DNA from: Octopus sinensis
Taxonomy: Eukaryota
Assembly: GCF_006345805.1 (NCBI RefSeq)
Contig: NC_043002.1
Span: 65,534,001-65,598,000 of the forward strand
Length of the DNA: 64,000 bases
Direction of reading: 5' to 3'
Shown: piece by piece, positions 14,351-27,030 of the stretch
Position numbering within the stretch: the stretch's first letter is position 1
Layout of the letters: every line of letters starts with the position of its first letter
Translations under genes and position numbers: made by a program
The notes under the pieces: generated by a model
What the model saw: only the letters and a program-made list of their open reading frames with translations
What the model was told of the DNA's origin: nothing
Databases searched by the model: none

Positions 14351-14440
14351 GATCAATACTTAATGAAAATATTTACATGTATGTTATGAAGTCTTCCCTA
14401 CTATGTTACGTCTAATCTGACGTTATGCTTTGTCTAATCT

Positions 14441-14763
14441 GTGAAGGCGCATTGCTCAGTAGTTAGAGCGTCGAGCTCACGATCGTGAGGTTGTGATTTC
14501 GAGCGCGTTGTGTTCCTGAGCAAGACACTTTATTTCACGTTGCTCCAGTTAACTCAACTGTAGAAATGAGTTGTGATGTCCACTGTTGCCAGGCTGTATC
14601 GGCCTTTGCCTTTCCCTTGGATAACATCAGTGGTGTGGAGAGGGGAGGCTGGTATGCATGGGTGACCGCTGGCCTTCCACAAACAACATTGCCCGGACTT
14701 GTGCCTCGGACGGTAACTTCCTAGGTGCAATCCCAAGATCATTCATGATCGAAGGGGGTCTCC
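14441..14763 (+). mobile_element. SINE family C, near full length (duplicated at 15729-16050)
   Basis: Matches the reverse complement of 56762-57102. Confidence 0.85.
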
Positions 14764-14856
14764 TCAATCTGAAATGACTATAAATATTTCCTAACTCGGA
14801 TATTTGTCCTCATCTTGTTGGTTGTTAACACAACGATTCGGCGATATACCCGCCAA

Positions 14857-14902
14857 GACACCTGATGAAGGCTGGAGGGTATATCAGCCGAAACGTTGTG
14901 TC
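14857..14902 (+). ncRNA. Second copy of the minimal hammerhead motif
   Basis: Identical to 13568-13613, 1289 bp downstream. Confidence 0.7.
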
Positions 14903-16339
14903 AGCAACAAACAAGATGTGGACAATATCCGTCAAATGTAAATAATGTACATAATTCTTCATCTCTTAATTATAGAACTGAATTATCATAATGTATACTA
15001 TATTAATCATATCCACATATATTAAGGCGGCTAGCCACCAGAATCGTTTGCACGCCATGCAAATCATGCTTAGCGTCATTCCATCCGTAAATATGTTCTC
15101 AAATTCAGCCGAAGTCCACTTTTCCATTCAGCCTTTCAGGGTCCATAAAATAGGTACCAGTTAATCACTGGGGTAGATGTAAATTGCTGGCCGTGTGCCA
15201 AAATTTGAAACCAGTATTATTGACATATATTTTGACGGTTTGTATTTCCCGTTTTCTCACCCTTCTAAATTTAAGGATGTCATTTCTGATATATGAATCC
15301 TTAACGCAGAGACGCAATGGCCCAGTGGTTAGGGAAGCGGACCCATGGTCATAGGATCATGGTTTCGAAACCAGACCGGGCATTGTGAGTGTTTATTGAT
15401 CGAAAACACCTAAAGCTCCACCAGGCTCCTGCAGGGGCTGGTGGCGAACCCTGCTGTACTCTTTCACCACAACTTTAACTCTTTCTTCGGGTTTCTGGTG
15501 TACCTGTATTTCAAAGGGCCAGTCGTGTCACACCCTGTGTCACGCTGCATCTTCCCACTTGCACGTTAATTTCACGAGCAGGCTGTTCCGTTGGTCGAAT
15601 CGACCGGAACCCTCGTCGTCGGAACCGACGGAGTGCCACGATCAATACTTAATGAAAATATTTACATGTATGTTATGAAGTCTTCCCTACTATGTTACGT
15701 CTAATCTGACGTTATGCTTGTCTAATCTGTGAAGGCGCATTGCTCAGTAGTTAGAGCGTCGAGCTCACGATCGTGAGGTTGTGATTTCGAGCGCGTTGTG
15801 TTCCTGAGCAAGACACTTTATTTCACGTTGCTCCAGTTAACTCAACTGTAGAAATGAGTTGTGATGTCCACTGTTGCCAGGCTGTATCGGCCTTTGCCTT
15901 TCCTTGGATAACATCAGTGGTGTGGAGAGGGGAGGCTGGTATGCATGGGTGACCGCTGGCCTTCCACAAACAACATTGCCCGGACTTGTGCCTCGGACGG
16001 TAACTTCCTAGGTGCAATCCCAAGATCATTCATGATCGAAGGGGGTCTCCTCAATCTGAAATGACTATAAATATTTCCTAACTCGGATATTTGTCCTCAT
16101 CTTGTTGGTTGTTAACACAACGATTCGGCCGCAATGAATATCGCCTTTTATTACATGACAAATAAGTCTCAAATATATTTCAACGGACCTGACAGCTTAC
16201 TGCTATATGGTTTTATCGAGCTTCAATGGGGGAAAAGGTAAGTTTATCTTGACTGGATTTGATTTCAGAAGCTAAAGAGTCGAAGGAAATACCAAAACAC
16301 AATTGCTTCCGACGCTTTTAACAAATCTACTGCCGCGCT

Positions 16340-16342
16340 TAA

Positions 16343-16410
<68 letters not shown>

Positions 16411-16478
16411 TAATAATAATAATAACAATAATAATAATGATAATAATAATAATAACAATAATAATAATGATAATGATA

Positions 16479-16542
<64 letters not shown>

Positions 16543-16598
16543 CAACAACAACAAGAACAACAACAGCAACAACGACAGCAAAAACAACAGCAATGATG

Positions 16599-16671
<73 letters not shown>

Positions 16672-16806
16672 CGAGGAAGATGATAAAACCATCAAATACA
16701 ATAACAGCAGCAATGTTGCTGAGGATGATGATGATACTACTCCTACTACTGCTACTACTACTACTACTGCTACTACTACTACTATTACTACTATTACTAC
16801 TACTCC

Positions 16807-16862
<56 letters not shown>

Positions 16863-17022
16863 TAATAATAATAATAATAATAACAATAATAATAATGATA
16901 ATGATAATAATGATAATAATAATAATAATAATAAAAATAATAATAATAATAATATAATAATAACAACAACAACAACAAGAACAACAACAGCAACAACGAC
17001 AGCAAAAACAACAGCAATGATG

Positions 17023-17098
<76 letters not shown>

Positions 17099-17233
17099 CG
17101 AGGAAGATGATAAAACCATCAAATACAATAACAGCAGCAATGTTGCTGAGGATGATGATGATACTACTCCTACTACTGCTACTACTACTACTACTGCTAC
17201 TACTACTACTATTACTACTATTACTACTACTCC

Positions 17234-17293
<60 letters not shown>

Positions 17294-17330
17294 TAATAAT
17301 GATAATAATAATAATAATAATATTAATAGG
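16340..17330. repeat. Compound trinucleotide microsatellite containing a 427-bp tandem duplication
   Basis: ACGAGGAAGATGATAAAACC at 16671 and 17098. Confidence 0.9.
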
Positions 17331-18130
17331 GCATGAGCAGTAATGTTTGTTTAGCATTCGGGTTTGTTTATAAGTCTATTGTGCTTTAGTTTAAAAATAA
17401 ATAACTCAAAATTAGGTTACAAGAAAAAAATATTATCATATCAGAAGATATTCAAACAAAAGAACATACGTAGACGTTTGTGTGCTTGTGTAACTCTGTG
17501 TGTGTGTATGTGTGTGTATGTGTGTGTATGTGTGTGTGTGTGTGTGCATGATGGGGGTGTTAAAACATCACCCTTACACACATATACATTGCAGACAAAT
17601 ACAAATATATACTCATATGTGTATTTTATATGTGTTAGTGTGCGTTTGTGTGTGTGGTATATTTGTAAACAAAATATATAACTAAGTATACATAAGCGCA
17701 CAAATACACACACACATAGCCATATATGCACACACACGCATACATGTACACATACATATATATAGGTGTATATATGTATATATATAAATTTATATATATA
17801 TATATGTGTATGTATGTATATATGTATATATGTATATGTATATGTATCCATATATATATATATATTTATATATATATATATATATACTTAGATTCGGACA
17901 CGTATATATAATATATATAATACATAAATACATACACACTCTCACACACACAAGCACCCACACACACACGCACATATATATGTATGGATGAATGTATTTA
18001 TATATTTATATATGTATATATGAATGTATCTATTTACATACACATAGATAGGTTTATCCATGTTTATGCATATATTTATATGTATATATAATTACACACA
18101 AATACATTCACACACAAACACTCGTGTGTA

Positions 18131-18171
<41 letters not shown>

Positions 18172-18750
18172 GTATGTATGTGTGTAGGTAAATATTAATA
18201 TATTAATATTAATACACGGATGTAAATATTAAAACACCGTATACAAAATAAAAAGTAAACGTATATTTATTGATATTTATATAGACATAAATATGTGTTT
18301 CGCTATATGAGTGTAAATGTGTACAAGTGTACATAGTGGAAGCGTCTATATGATGTCTAATGGCGGATAGAATATATAATGAGAGGTTTTAATAAAGTTT
18401 TGTCTATGTTCTCTTAAAAGAGATAATCTCTTTTTTTTTACGGCAGCTCGTCTTTTGTGCATAATCTTTTGTTGTACTTATTACTATTTGCGTATATATG
18501 CGTATACGTGTAGGAATATTGTGTGTGAACGTACGTATTTTTTTCTACATATTTATTAACGCGTCTATGTACCTAAGTGTTTCTCTCTCTATATATATAT
18601 ATATAGACATATTACTGTAGTATATATTTTACGCTCGTTGTGACTGTTATCTTTCGTTAATTGCTATATTTGTCGTGGTCAATGTTTCATTCATTATTAC
18701 TGTCATCAACACGATGATCATCCCCATTAATATTTTTCATCTCAATACCA

Positions 18751-18788
<38 letters not shown>

Positions 18789-19172
18789 TATTATTATTAT
18801 CATCATCATCATCATCATTAATGTTGTTCTTCTTGTTTGTTTCTGGGTTGCTGCTTTTTTTTTTCTTTCTTGGTGGTGGTTGTGGTAGTGTGAATATTCT
18901 ACAAGATGTATGAAAATAAGCATCCATTGTGGCCGTTTTTTCTGTCTTATTTTTTTCTTTTTTTAACAATCTGCAGTAGAGATGATAACCTCTTTGATAT
19001 CAAAGTAATGGTGCAGCTTTTATCCTGTAATTATTGATGGAGAAAACCATACACGCACACACACACTCACACACATACACACACACACCATACATTCGGG
19101 TGTCTTTTACATACAAGCGCGTAAATGTCTAACTGTGTCTGTATGTACGTATGCGTATATATATATATATAT

Positions 19173-19220
<48 letters not shown>

Positions 19221-20098
19221 CTGTGTGTGTATGTGTATGCATACATAGTTATGATTATATGCATGTATCTTACCAATATTTTTGTACAGAGATAGTTGTG
19301 TCTTCGAGCGAATATGGGTTTGTATATAAATGTGTGTGTAACGACGTTTGGGTGTTGCTTATTGTTTTGTTACGTAGAATACAGGAACTTCACAACACAC
19401 GTCGAAATTCGTGTAATGGAAGCCATTTCGCTGAGTTTGATATACCACCAGTTAAATACTAGGCGAGGCTATGTCTAAACTGAGAGTGAAAAAATGAGCA
19501 GGAGCGAAGAATCTAGATTATGCCCATATAAAAATATATTCGTATATTCCTCTCACATTAACCTTCAAACACATCTAGATGTTTTAGAGACCTCACGTTT
19601 CCTCAGCCACTGTAGTAGAAAACATATTTCCATGTGGCCTTATTATATTTTGTGGGCAAGCTTTTGTGCATATGTGCACTTCTATATATGAGTGTAAACA
19701 TGCTTACTGATGTTAGATATGAATTTTATTCTTATTTAAGCACAGACCTAAGTATGCAGCATGACAACAGGCTCACAACGGCATACCTCTTGCATACTGT
19801 GATCATGTACATGTTTTATGTATCACGACATAGCTGTGAATATGTGTAATAATGATTATGGACGTATATATACTATGTATTTTTATATACATGCATAATA
19901 AAAAGAGACGAATGATGTTTTAGTAGCGCTACAAATGTTTCGTTTAAAAATCTTTGTTGTGATGTAAAAGCATACATAGTACAGTCAGGTATGCAATATA
20001 ATTAATATCGATAAGATTACCTGATACGTGTTGCGTCTCTCAACTCACCAGGTCACCAAATAAACAAGCGTGTGGTGACACTGTTGTATATGTGTGTG

Positions 20099-20151
<53 letters not shown>

Positions 20152-20249
20152 GCACACACAAGCAACCACACACACATATATATATATACACACATATATA
20201 CATAAATACATACAGACACATACACAGTAGAAGAAAACACCGAGTGCTC

Positions 20250-20795
20250 CTTTCTCATCTGGCTGAAATCATCAGTGGAGTGCCGTGCTTCGACAAGATT
20301 TCGGCCCATTAAACTCAGTATCTCTCTCCACACGGTGGACCCACAACAGCTGGACGTATTTCGTTGCAACCGCACTCATAACAGTTCTGTGGCCTTATGC
20401 GCATTCACAAAACCTCCTATTAATCCAAGCACTACCCTCAGCTGATTTCTCCCAACATTCCTTGATTATCTTCCTCAGAGCAGATACACCAGCACCTTCA
20501 GAAACCTTCTGAGAGAAGCTGCTGGGAAACTCCCATAGCCAACCTCGAACGCAACCATCTCACAGATGTAACTCTTCTCCCGAATTTCAGCTACAAGCTC
20601 TTCATAGCCCAACAGCTTCCGTTCAAGGACTTCAGCAATGCTCTCCTCCCATAGCACAGTAAACTCCCCAAGGACCACACGTCTCTGAACCTCATCTAAC
20701 AACACCAGGTCGGGCCGGAGTGCTGACACAATGATGCTTTCAATGACTTGTCCACGAACAGCCCCCATTTTCTGTCTTCGGCCTGCTGAGGTTTC
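20250..20795 (-). mobile_element. 3' end of an RLE-type non-LTR retrotransposon (HERO/NeSL-like)
   Basis: LRPDLVLLDEVQRRVVLGEFTVLWEESIAEVLERKLLGYEELVAEIREK...FEVGYGSF resembles the RPDxV...ELTVPWEE...ERKxxKY...VEVGCRGF endonuclease signature. Confidence 0.8.
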
Positions 20796-21359
20796 TGTCT
20801 CTAGAATAAAATGGAAAGAATATAGATATTGATTAATTTATTAACATATTAGTCCATAAAAACGCCTACAAATTGTTTCAATTTTACTCAATACCAACGT
20901 ATGACAATACATACATGAAAAAATGGGAAAATTTATTCAGTAAAGTGTCTATACCCTGTTAGCCGTCACAGTATTTTGAAAAGAATCTCTAAGTTTCCCG
21001 GTTCTGATGATCCAAGCTATTAAATGAAAGTGGCTTAGCTCTAATGTATTTAAGAATATGCCAGTCTGTCATCAACCAATATTAATAGTTTTGTATTTTA
21101 GACCAAAGGACGGATTTTGTAAGCCTAATGTTCATCAATATACACCAACATAGTGAAAGTTTACTCCGGATTATAGTGTAAGCTAACATAATTTCTAGTT
21201 ATATCATTAATGATACTGCATTAAGTACTACGAGATACTGTCATTGTAGTAAACCTAACGGGAAATTGTATCATAGTGAAATATATTTCAGTCATTGTTT
21301 TCCGTCCGTTTGCTAATATCAAAAGACCTAATGAAAGGTACTTCTCAAGCTCATAAGAT

Positions 21360-21520
21360 CAGTTTCCTGGATTGTGTGGAATATAAACTACCCGCTGGAT
21401 GGGACGCCGGGCCGTCACGCGATAAACCGTGCTTGTCAGCAGAGTGAGCTGGAGCAACGTGAGGTAAAGTGTTTTGCTCAAGAACGCAACTCATCGTCCT
21501 GTCCAGGAACCGATCATGAG
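21360..21520 (-). mobile_element. SINE fragment related to family C
   Basis: GAGTGAGCTGGAGCAACGTGAGGTAAAGTGTTTTGCTCAAGAAC shared with family C. Confidence 0.6.
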
Positions 21521-21527
21521 TACAATG

Positions 21528-21586
<59 letters not shown>

Positions 21587-21804
21587 TTTTACTCTTTTAC
21601 TTGTTTCAGTCATTTGACTGTGGCCATGCTGGAGCAGCGCCTTTAGTCGAGCAAATCGACCCCAGGACTTATTCTTTGTAAACCTAGTACTTATTCTATC
21701 GGTCTCTTTTGCCGAACCGCTAGGTTTAGGGGGTGTAAACTCACCAGCATCGGTTGTCATGCGATGATGGGGGAACAAACACAGACACACAAACACACAC
21801 ACAC

Positions 21805-21843
<39 letters not shown>

Positions 21844-22005
21844 AAGGGCTTCTTGCAGTTTCTGTCTACCAAATCGACTCACACGGCTTTGGTCGGCCCG
21901 AGGCTATAGTTGGAGACACCTGCCCAAGGTGCCACGCAGTGGGACTGAACCCGGAACAATGTGGTTGGGGAGCAAGCTACTTACCACACAGCCACTCCAA
22001 CGCCT
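21587..22005 (-). mobile_element. SINE family A, full length, with internal (CA)/(TA) microsatellite
   Basis: Minus: AGGCG...GTGGCTGTGTGGTAAGTAGCTTGC...GGTTCAGTCCC...ACCTTGGGCAGGTGTC (CORE-like)...tail GTAAAAGAGTAAAA. May correspond to octopus OR-type CORE-SINEs (not verified). Confidence 0.9.
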
Positions 22006-22379
22006 GTATATATATATATATATATATGCGTATGTGTGTGTACACTTATACATATGCACACACAAACACACACACACACATATATATATATACCCACACA
22101 CTCATGTGTGCATGCACACACATGCACACAGTCATAAACAAGTAATGCCATTTACACTAAAATACTCACACACGCACGCACACACACACACACACACACA
22201 CATATCTTTACCCTAACCAATATTCACACACATTTGCCTGTACAATATCGATAGGAGAATATTGCTGAGAAGATGGAAGATTAATGACCGTCTTAAGAAA
22301 TGGTGGTGCTGGAAGATGTGTGGGTGGGGGCGAAGGGGAGAGGGTGTTGGATAGAATGACGGGGGAAGATGATGGGGTC

Positions 22380-22698
22380 GGATGAACGATAATGATGATA
22401 AAGGGGAGGACACTGTCAACGTTAACGATGATGACGTTCGTGATGGTGGTGTTGGTTGTGGTGGTGGTGGCGGTGTTGTTGTTGATGTTGGTGATGGTGC
22501 TGGTGGTGCTGGTGGTGCTGCTGGTGGTTGTGGTGGTGGTAACGGTGTTGGTGGTGGTGGTAACGGTGTTGGTGGTGGTGGTGGTGGTGGTTTTGTTGAT
22601 TGCGGAAAAGAATGATGAAGGGGAAAGGAAAGCCAATTTTAATGATGAAATCGCTGAGCGACGACGACAATGATGATGATGATGATGACCATGATGCT

Positions 22699-22729
<31 letters not shown>

Positions 22730-23110
22730 ATGGTAGTGGTGGTGGTGGAGGTGGTAGTGGTGGTGGTGGTGGTGGTGGTGATAGTTGTGGTGCTGGTGCT
22801 GCTGGTAGTGTTGGTGATGCTGATGACCACGATTATAACGATAATGATGATCATGATGATGACGACGATGATGATGATGATCATGATGATCATGATGATT
22901 GTGATGATGGTGGTAGTGGTGGTGGTGGAGCCGACCATGTTGGTGTTGATTATGGTAATATTGGCAGTAGTGGTGGTGGTGGTGGTGGTGGTAGTGATGG
23001 TGACGGCTGCGGCTGCGGCAGTGGTGATGGTTGTGGTGGCGGTGGTGCTGCTTGTAGTGTTGGTAATGCTGATGACGACCTGGATTATAACGATGATGAT
23101 GCTATTATTA
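22380..23110. repeat. Compound (GAT/GGT/GCT)n microsatellite
   Basis: Directly visible. Confidence 0.95.
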
Positions 23111-23251
23111 CTGAAAGACGTTGATGTGATTAGACTGCTAGACAGTGCTGGATAACCAATGGTGTCTGTAGGATTAGCATCAACACTGCAATAATAGTTA
23201 ATTTTATCTATTTATTTATTTTTACTCTTGGTTGCTGCTCTTGGTTCTGAC

Positions 23252-23300
<49 letters not shown>

Positions 23301-23348
23301 TTTTTGTTTAGCCCCAGGTAATATACTGGTCAAGAACGTCTGCGATAA

Positions 23349-23725
23349 TCTCTCTATATATAAACGGCAGTTTGTCTGTGCGTGTTTCTGTGTGTCTGTT
23401 TGCTTGTACCTTCACCCTGACCACGGCTTTCAACCGATTCTGATGAAACTCGACACACACATAGCCCAATGTCATAATTCAAAACTAACGCAGCGAAAAT
23501 TTTGAAAAGTTCCCCCAGTTCTGAAAAAAATCGATAAATTCGACATGGGATCCAGAATCAGAAACACAAACTGTCTAGGGGACGCAACTCCACCTTTTTT
23601 AACTAAAAAAAAAAATTTACCATCATTTTTTTCCATTTTTTTGCTATTTTTTGGCTATAACTCTCTAAAAATGCTTTATAGTTATTTCCCTTACAAACCT
23701 GAGCAACGCCGGGCGATACTGCTAG
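23349..23725 (+). mobile_element. Intact non-autonomous Helitron (377 bp)
   Basis: Starts A|TC-TCTCTATATATAAA. Ends with hairpin CCTGAGCAACGCCGGG, then CGATACTG-CTAG|T. Inserted between A and T with no TSD. Confidence 0.85.
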
Positions 23726-24019
23726 TAGTATATATTGGCGCCTAGACTCTTTCGAATTTTGATGGAGCTGCGTTTAAAACTAGATTATACTATGTTATAT
23801 AATTATCTACTATGTCTTGTCCTTTCTGCATATTGTGGCGAGAGGCCTTTTGGTAGGCGGACAACAAAGATGAAATTTTTTCCATGAATCGTCTTTTCCG
23901 TGTAGTTCACATATGCATAGCTGCTTACTTCTAAATGATTTCGGAAATGGGGTTTTAGGCCACTCCATTTCGAGAAAGGCTGAAGCTTAGCTCTGATATT
24001 GTTAGCAAATTATGAATGA

Positions 24020-24560
24020 CGCCATGCTATTTTACCTTATTTGAAATTGAATCAAGCTATCTATTGATCAGAATGTGAACTAGTTAAATAATTGAGCCAT
24101 GCTATTAGTTGTAGGCCAACAATTCAGCCATGCTCTTTCCGACATATCAGAAATTGAGCCATGTTGTCTCTAGATCAGAAAGTGAACCACATTCCTTGTT
24201 GAACAACAGAAGCTGAACTATATTTATTTAAATATATCAGATACTGAGCCTTAGTATTTCTAGTAAGTCAAAAGTTGAGCCATGCTATTTGTAACAAGTC
24301 ACAAATTGAGCTATGCTTATTGTAGTTGGTCAGCAATTGACCCACGGTTCTCATATGAATAATAGAGCCATTGCCTTTCTAGTAGCTCACAATTTGAAAC
24401 ATGCTGTTTCTAACAGATCAGCTATTGAGCCATGCTATTTGTAATAGATTAGCAACTAAGGCAGGCTTCATTCAACATATCAGAAATTGAACCAATCCGT
24501 TTGTAGTTGTTCAGAAATTAATCCATGCTATCTGTAGCAGAACAGAAGCTAAACCAGCCA
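24020..24560. repeat. Degenerate 31-bp minisatellite (~17 units), consensus near CAGAAATTGAGCCATGCTATTTGTAACAGAT
   Basis: Consecutive units counted at 31 nt, e.g. cagctattgagccatgctatttgtaatagat, cagaaattgaaccaatccgtttgtagttgtt, cagaaattaatccatgctatctgtagcagaa. Confidence 0.8.
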
Positions 24561-24565
24561 AATTC

Positions 24566-25006
24566 CATGCGTCTGACTAAAAATAAACGTATTGTACCTA
24601 GGTATTCAGAGGATGACTAGTTGCGAACCAAACATGCGATGCCAGATTTAGAATACGCCCGTCTGTCGGGACTGCGCATTGTGCACTTCGTTGAGTCAGC
24701 TTCTCTTAATGAGTAGAACCCGACTGCAGCGGTGGTGCACACTGTGTTTTACCTACTGCCCTGTATATTCCAGTATCCTCTATGTTCTGGTGGTGGCCAC
24801 AACAGATGTACGTAGCAGTAGAGTTGATCACATCGTTGCATACCGAACACTTCTCTATGTGCATTCCAGCGCAATATTTGAAGTAAATGAGTTTATCGTT
24901 GGTATTGAGGTGCAATGGAATATCAGGACAAGTAGTGGACAAGTAGTTCGCAACTAACCATCCTCTGAATACCTAGGAACAATACATTTATTTAGTCAGA
25001 CGCATG
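24566..25006. mobile_element. Non-autonomous DNA transposon/MITE with ~62-bp TIRs
   Basis: CATGCGTCTGACTAAA...TAGTTGCGAAC at left and its reverse complement at right; no clear TSD. Confidence 0.8.
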
Positions 25007-25059
25007 TAATCGACCATCTCCTCCCCCGAATTTCAGGCCTTGTGACTATAATAGAAACG

Positions 25060-25109
<50 letters not shown>

Positions 25110-25112
25110 CAA

Positions 25113-25148
<36 letters not shown>

Positions 25149-25530
25149 TGTTGTTATTATTATTACTGTTGTTGTCAATATAAAAAAAACTGAAATCACA
25201 TCAGTAAGGTCATATAGCCGGGTCACTCAGGTTACTAGGCAACGGTGAAATTATTTATAAAACACTATTGGTTACTTTCAAGTATTTGGTAAATTTTGTT
25301 TTTTCGCAATGAGAGGTGAAAGGTGCCTATTTGTATATATATATTTAGAGAGATGGAAGATAAAATGAAATAACTTTGGCGTACCTCGTGACTTATCGAG
25401 CTGCATCGGCGGTGAAATGGAAGATAATCACCAAACGTGTAGTAGTAGTAGTAGTAGTAGTAGTAGTTGTAGTAGTAGTAGTTGTGTAGTAGTAGTAGTA
25501 GTAGTAGTAGTAGTTGTAGTAGTAGTAGTT

Positions 25531-25573
<43 letters not shown>

Positions 25574-26081
25574 AGATGCTATTGCTGGTGGTGGTGGTGG
25601 TGGTGGTGGTGGTGATGGCGGCGGTGGGGGTGGTGAGTTGCTGTTCGTGGTGGTGATAATTCAATAGCGTTTAGTGATTCAGAATACCTGGCAAATAGAC
25701 GCTTCAGATCAGCGTCTTAAGTTCGAATCCCGCCGAGATTAACATTACAGATAAATTACCAAGAGAAGACAAGGGAGTCATTTCTCTCATCCGATATTTC
25801 TCTGTCTGTCTGTCTATCTATCTGTCTCTCGCTCTCCTCTCTCACTTTCCTACTCACACACACTACCATCACTTTTTGCATTTCTCTTCTACTGTCTCTC
25901 CCTTTCTTTGTCTGTCTGTCTGTCTGTCTCCCTCTCTCTCTCTCTCTCTCTTCATATACATATATATATATTATATATATATATATATATAATATAGATA
26001 GATAATAGATAGATAGATATATATATAATAATATATTATATATATAATATTAAATTATATATATATATATATATGCATATG

Positions 26082-26270
26082 CATATGTGGGCACAGGACG
26101 TCACAAAACTAAACAACAGAAAGGACCTTTTTGGAAAACAAGACAAGCAACAAAAAGAACGACCCTTCATTTTGTTTCCTTCGTTGCTTGCAAAAAGGTC
26201 CTTATCGCATGTCCTCGTACTTCGTATTTTTTTGTTGTTTATATTTTGTGACGTCCTGTACCCTCATATG
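26082..26270. repeat. Short element with ~40-bp inverted termini
   Basis: CATATGTGGGCACAGGACGTCACAAAACTAAACAAC versus GTTGTTTATATTTTGTGACGTCCTGTACCCTCATATG. Confidence 0.7.
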
Positions 26271-26306
26271 CAAATCTATATACGTATACATATAAGCATA
26301 TATATA

Positions 26307-26380
<74 letters not shown>

Positions 26381-26381
26381 T

Positions 26382-26609
26382 AGGCGGCGAGCTGGCAGAA
26401 ACGTTAGCACGCCGGGCGAGATGCGTAGCCGTATTTCGTCTGTCGTTACTTCTGAATTCAAATTCTGCCGAGGTCGACTTTGCCCTTTCATTTCGGGGTT
26501 GATAAATAAGTACCAGTTATGCACTGGGGTCGATGTAATCGACTTAATCCTTCTGTCTGTCCTTGTTTGTCCCCTCTGTGTTTAGCCCCTTGTGGGTAGT
26601 AAAGGAATA
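26382..26609 (+). mobile_element. SINE family B, full length
   Basis: tRNA-like head AGGCGGCGAGCTGGCAGAAACGTTAG...GAATTCAAATTC, core GTCGACTTTGCC...AAGTACCAG...GGGGTCGATGTAATCGAC. Confidence 0.85.
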
Positions 26610-26614
26610 TATGT

Positions 26615-26674
<60 letters not shown>

Positions 26675-26780
26675 GTATGTATATGTATAGGGAGAATTCA
26701 CACAACTAAACAAAAGACGATGACAGGTGGTTTAGACAACAAACAGATGTATTAGTATAACGCTCGGGAAGTGAAAAAGT

Positions 26781-26816
26781 CTTTAACGTTTCGAGCCTAC
26801 GCTCTTCCACAGAAAG
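26781..26816 (-). ncRNA. Hammerhead-like motif with non-canonical core (CUGUGGA)
   Basis: Minus: CTTT-CTGTGGA-A-GAGC[GTAG]GCTC-GAAA-CGT-T-AAAG; within a repeat (~26700-26860) also present at ~43020-43160. Confidence 0.45.
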
Positions 26817-26893
26817 GATCACAGAAAGAAACAAGGAGAGAACATGAAGAATGTGTAGTGGCTAGCGATCTATCCTTTACCTATATATATATA

Positions 26894-26960
<67 letters not shown>

Positions 26961-27030
26961 GTAATAAATATAAAATATAATGTAATAAATAAAAATAAAA
27001 TAATAAATAATAATAATGTAATTAATAATT

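Larger units (their letters stand above)
13509..16131. repeat. Tandem duplication of a ~1289-bp unit (two units plus a 45-bp partial repeat)
   Basis: Sequence from ~13540 recurs from ~14828; differences are mainly homopolymer-length changes. Confidence 0.95.

Noticed and set aside
14019-14520. tRNA genes at A/B-box-containing heads (also at 26382, 52322, 57030)
   Set aside because: No complete cloverleaf; each head continues into a repeated SINE body
20262-20312. Type II hammerhead in the HERO-like 3' UTR (minus: GAAA...GTC...CTGATGA)
   Set aside because: Stem I and stem II do not pair convincingly
24020-24560. CRISPR-like regular repeats
   Set aside because: Units are contiguous and degenerate with no unique spacers, no cas genes, and the context is eukaryotic
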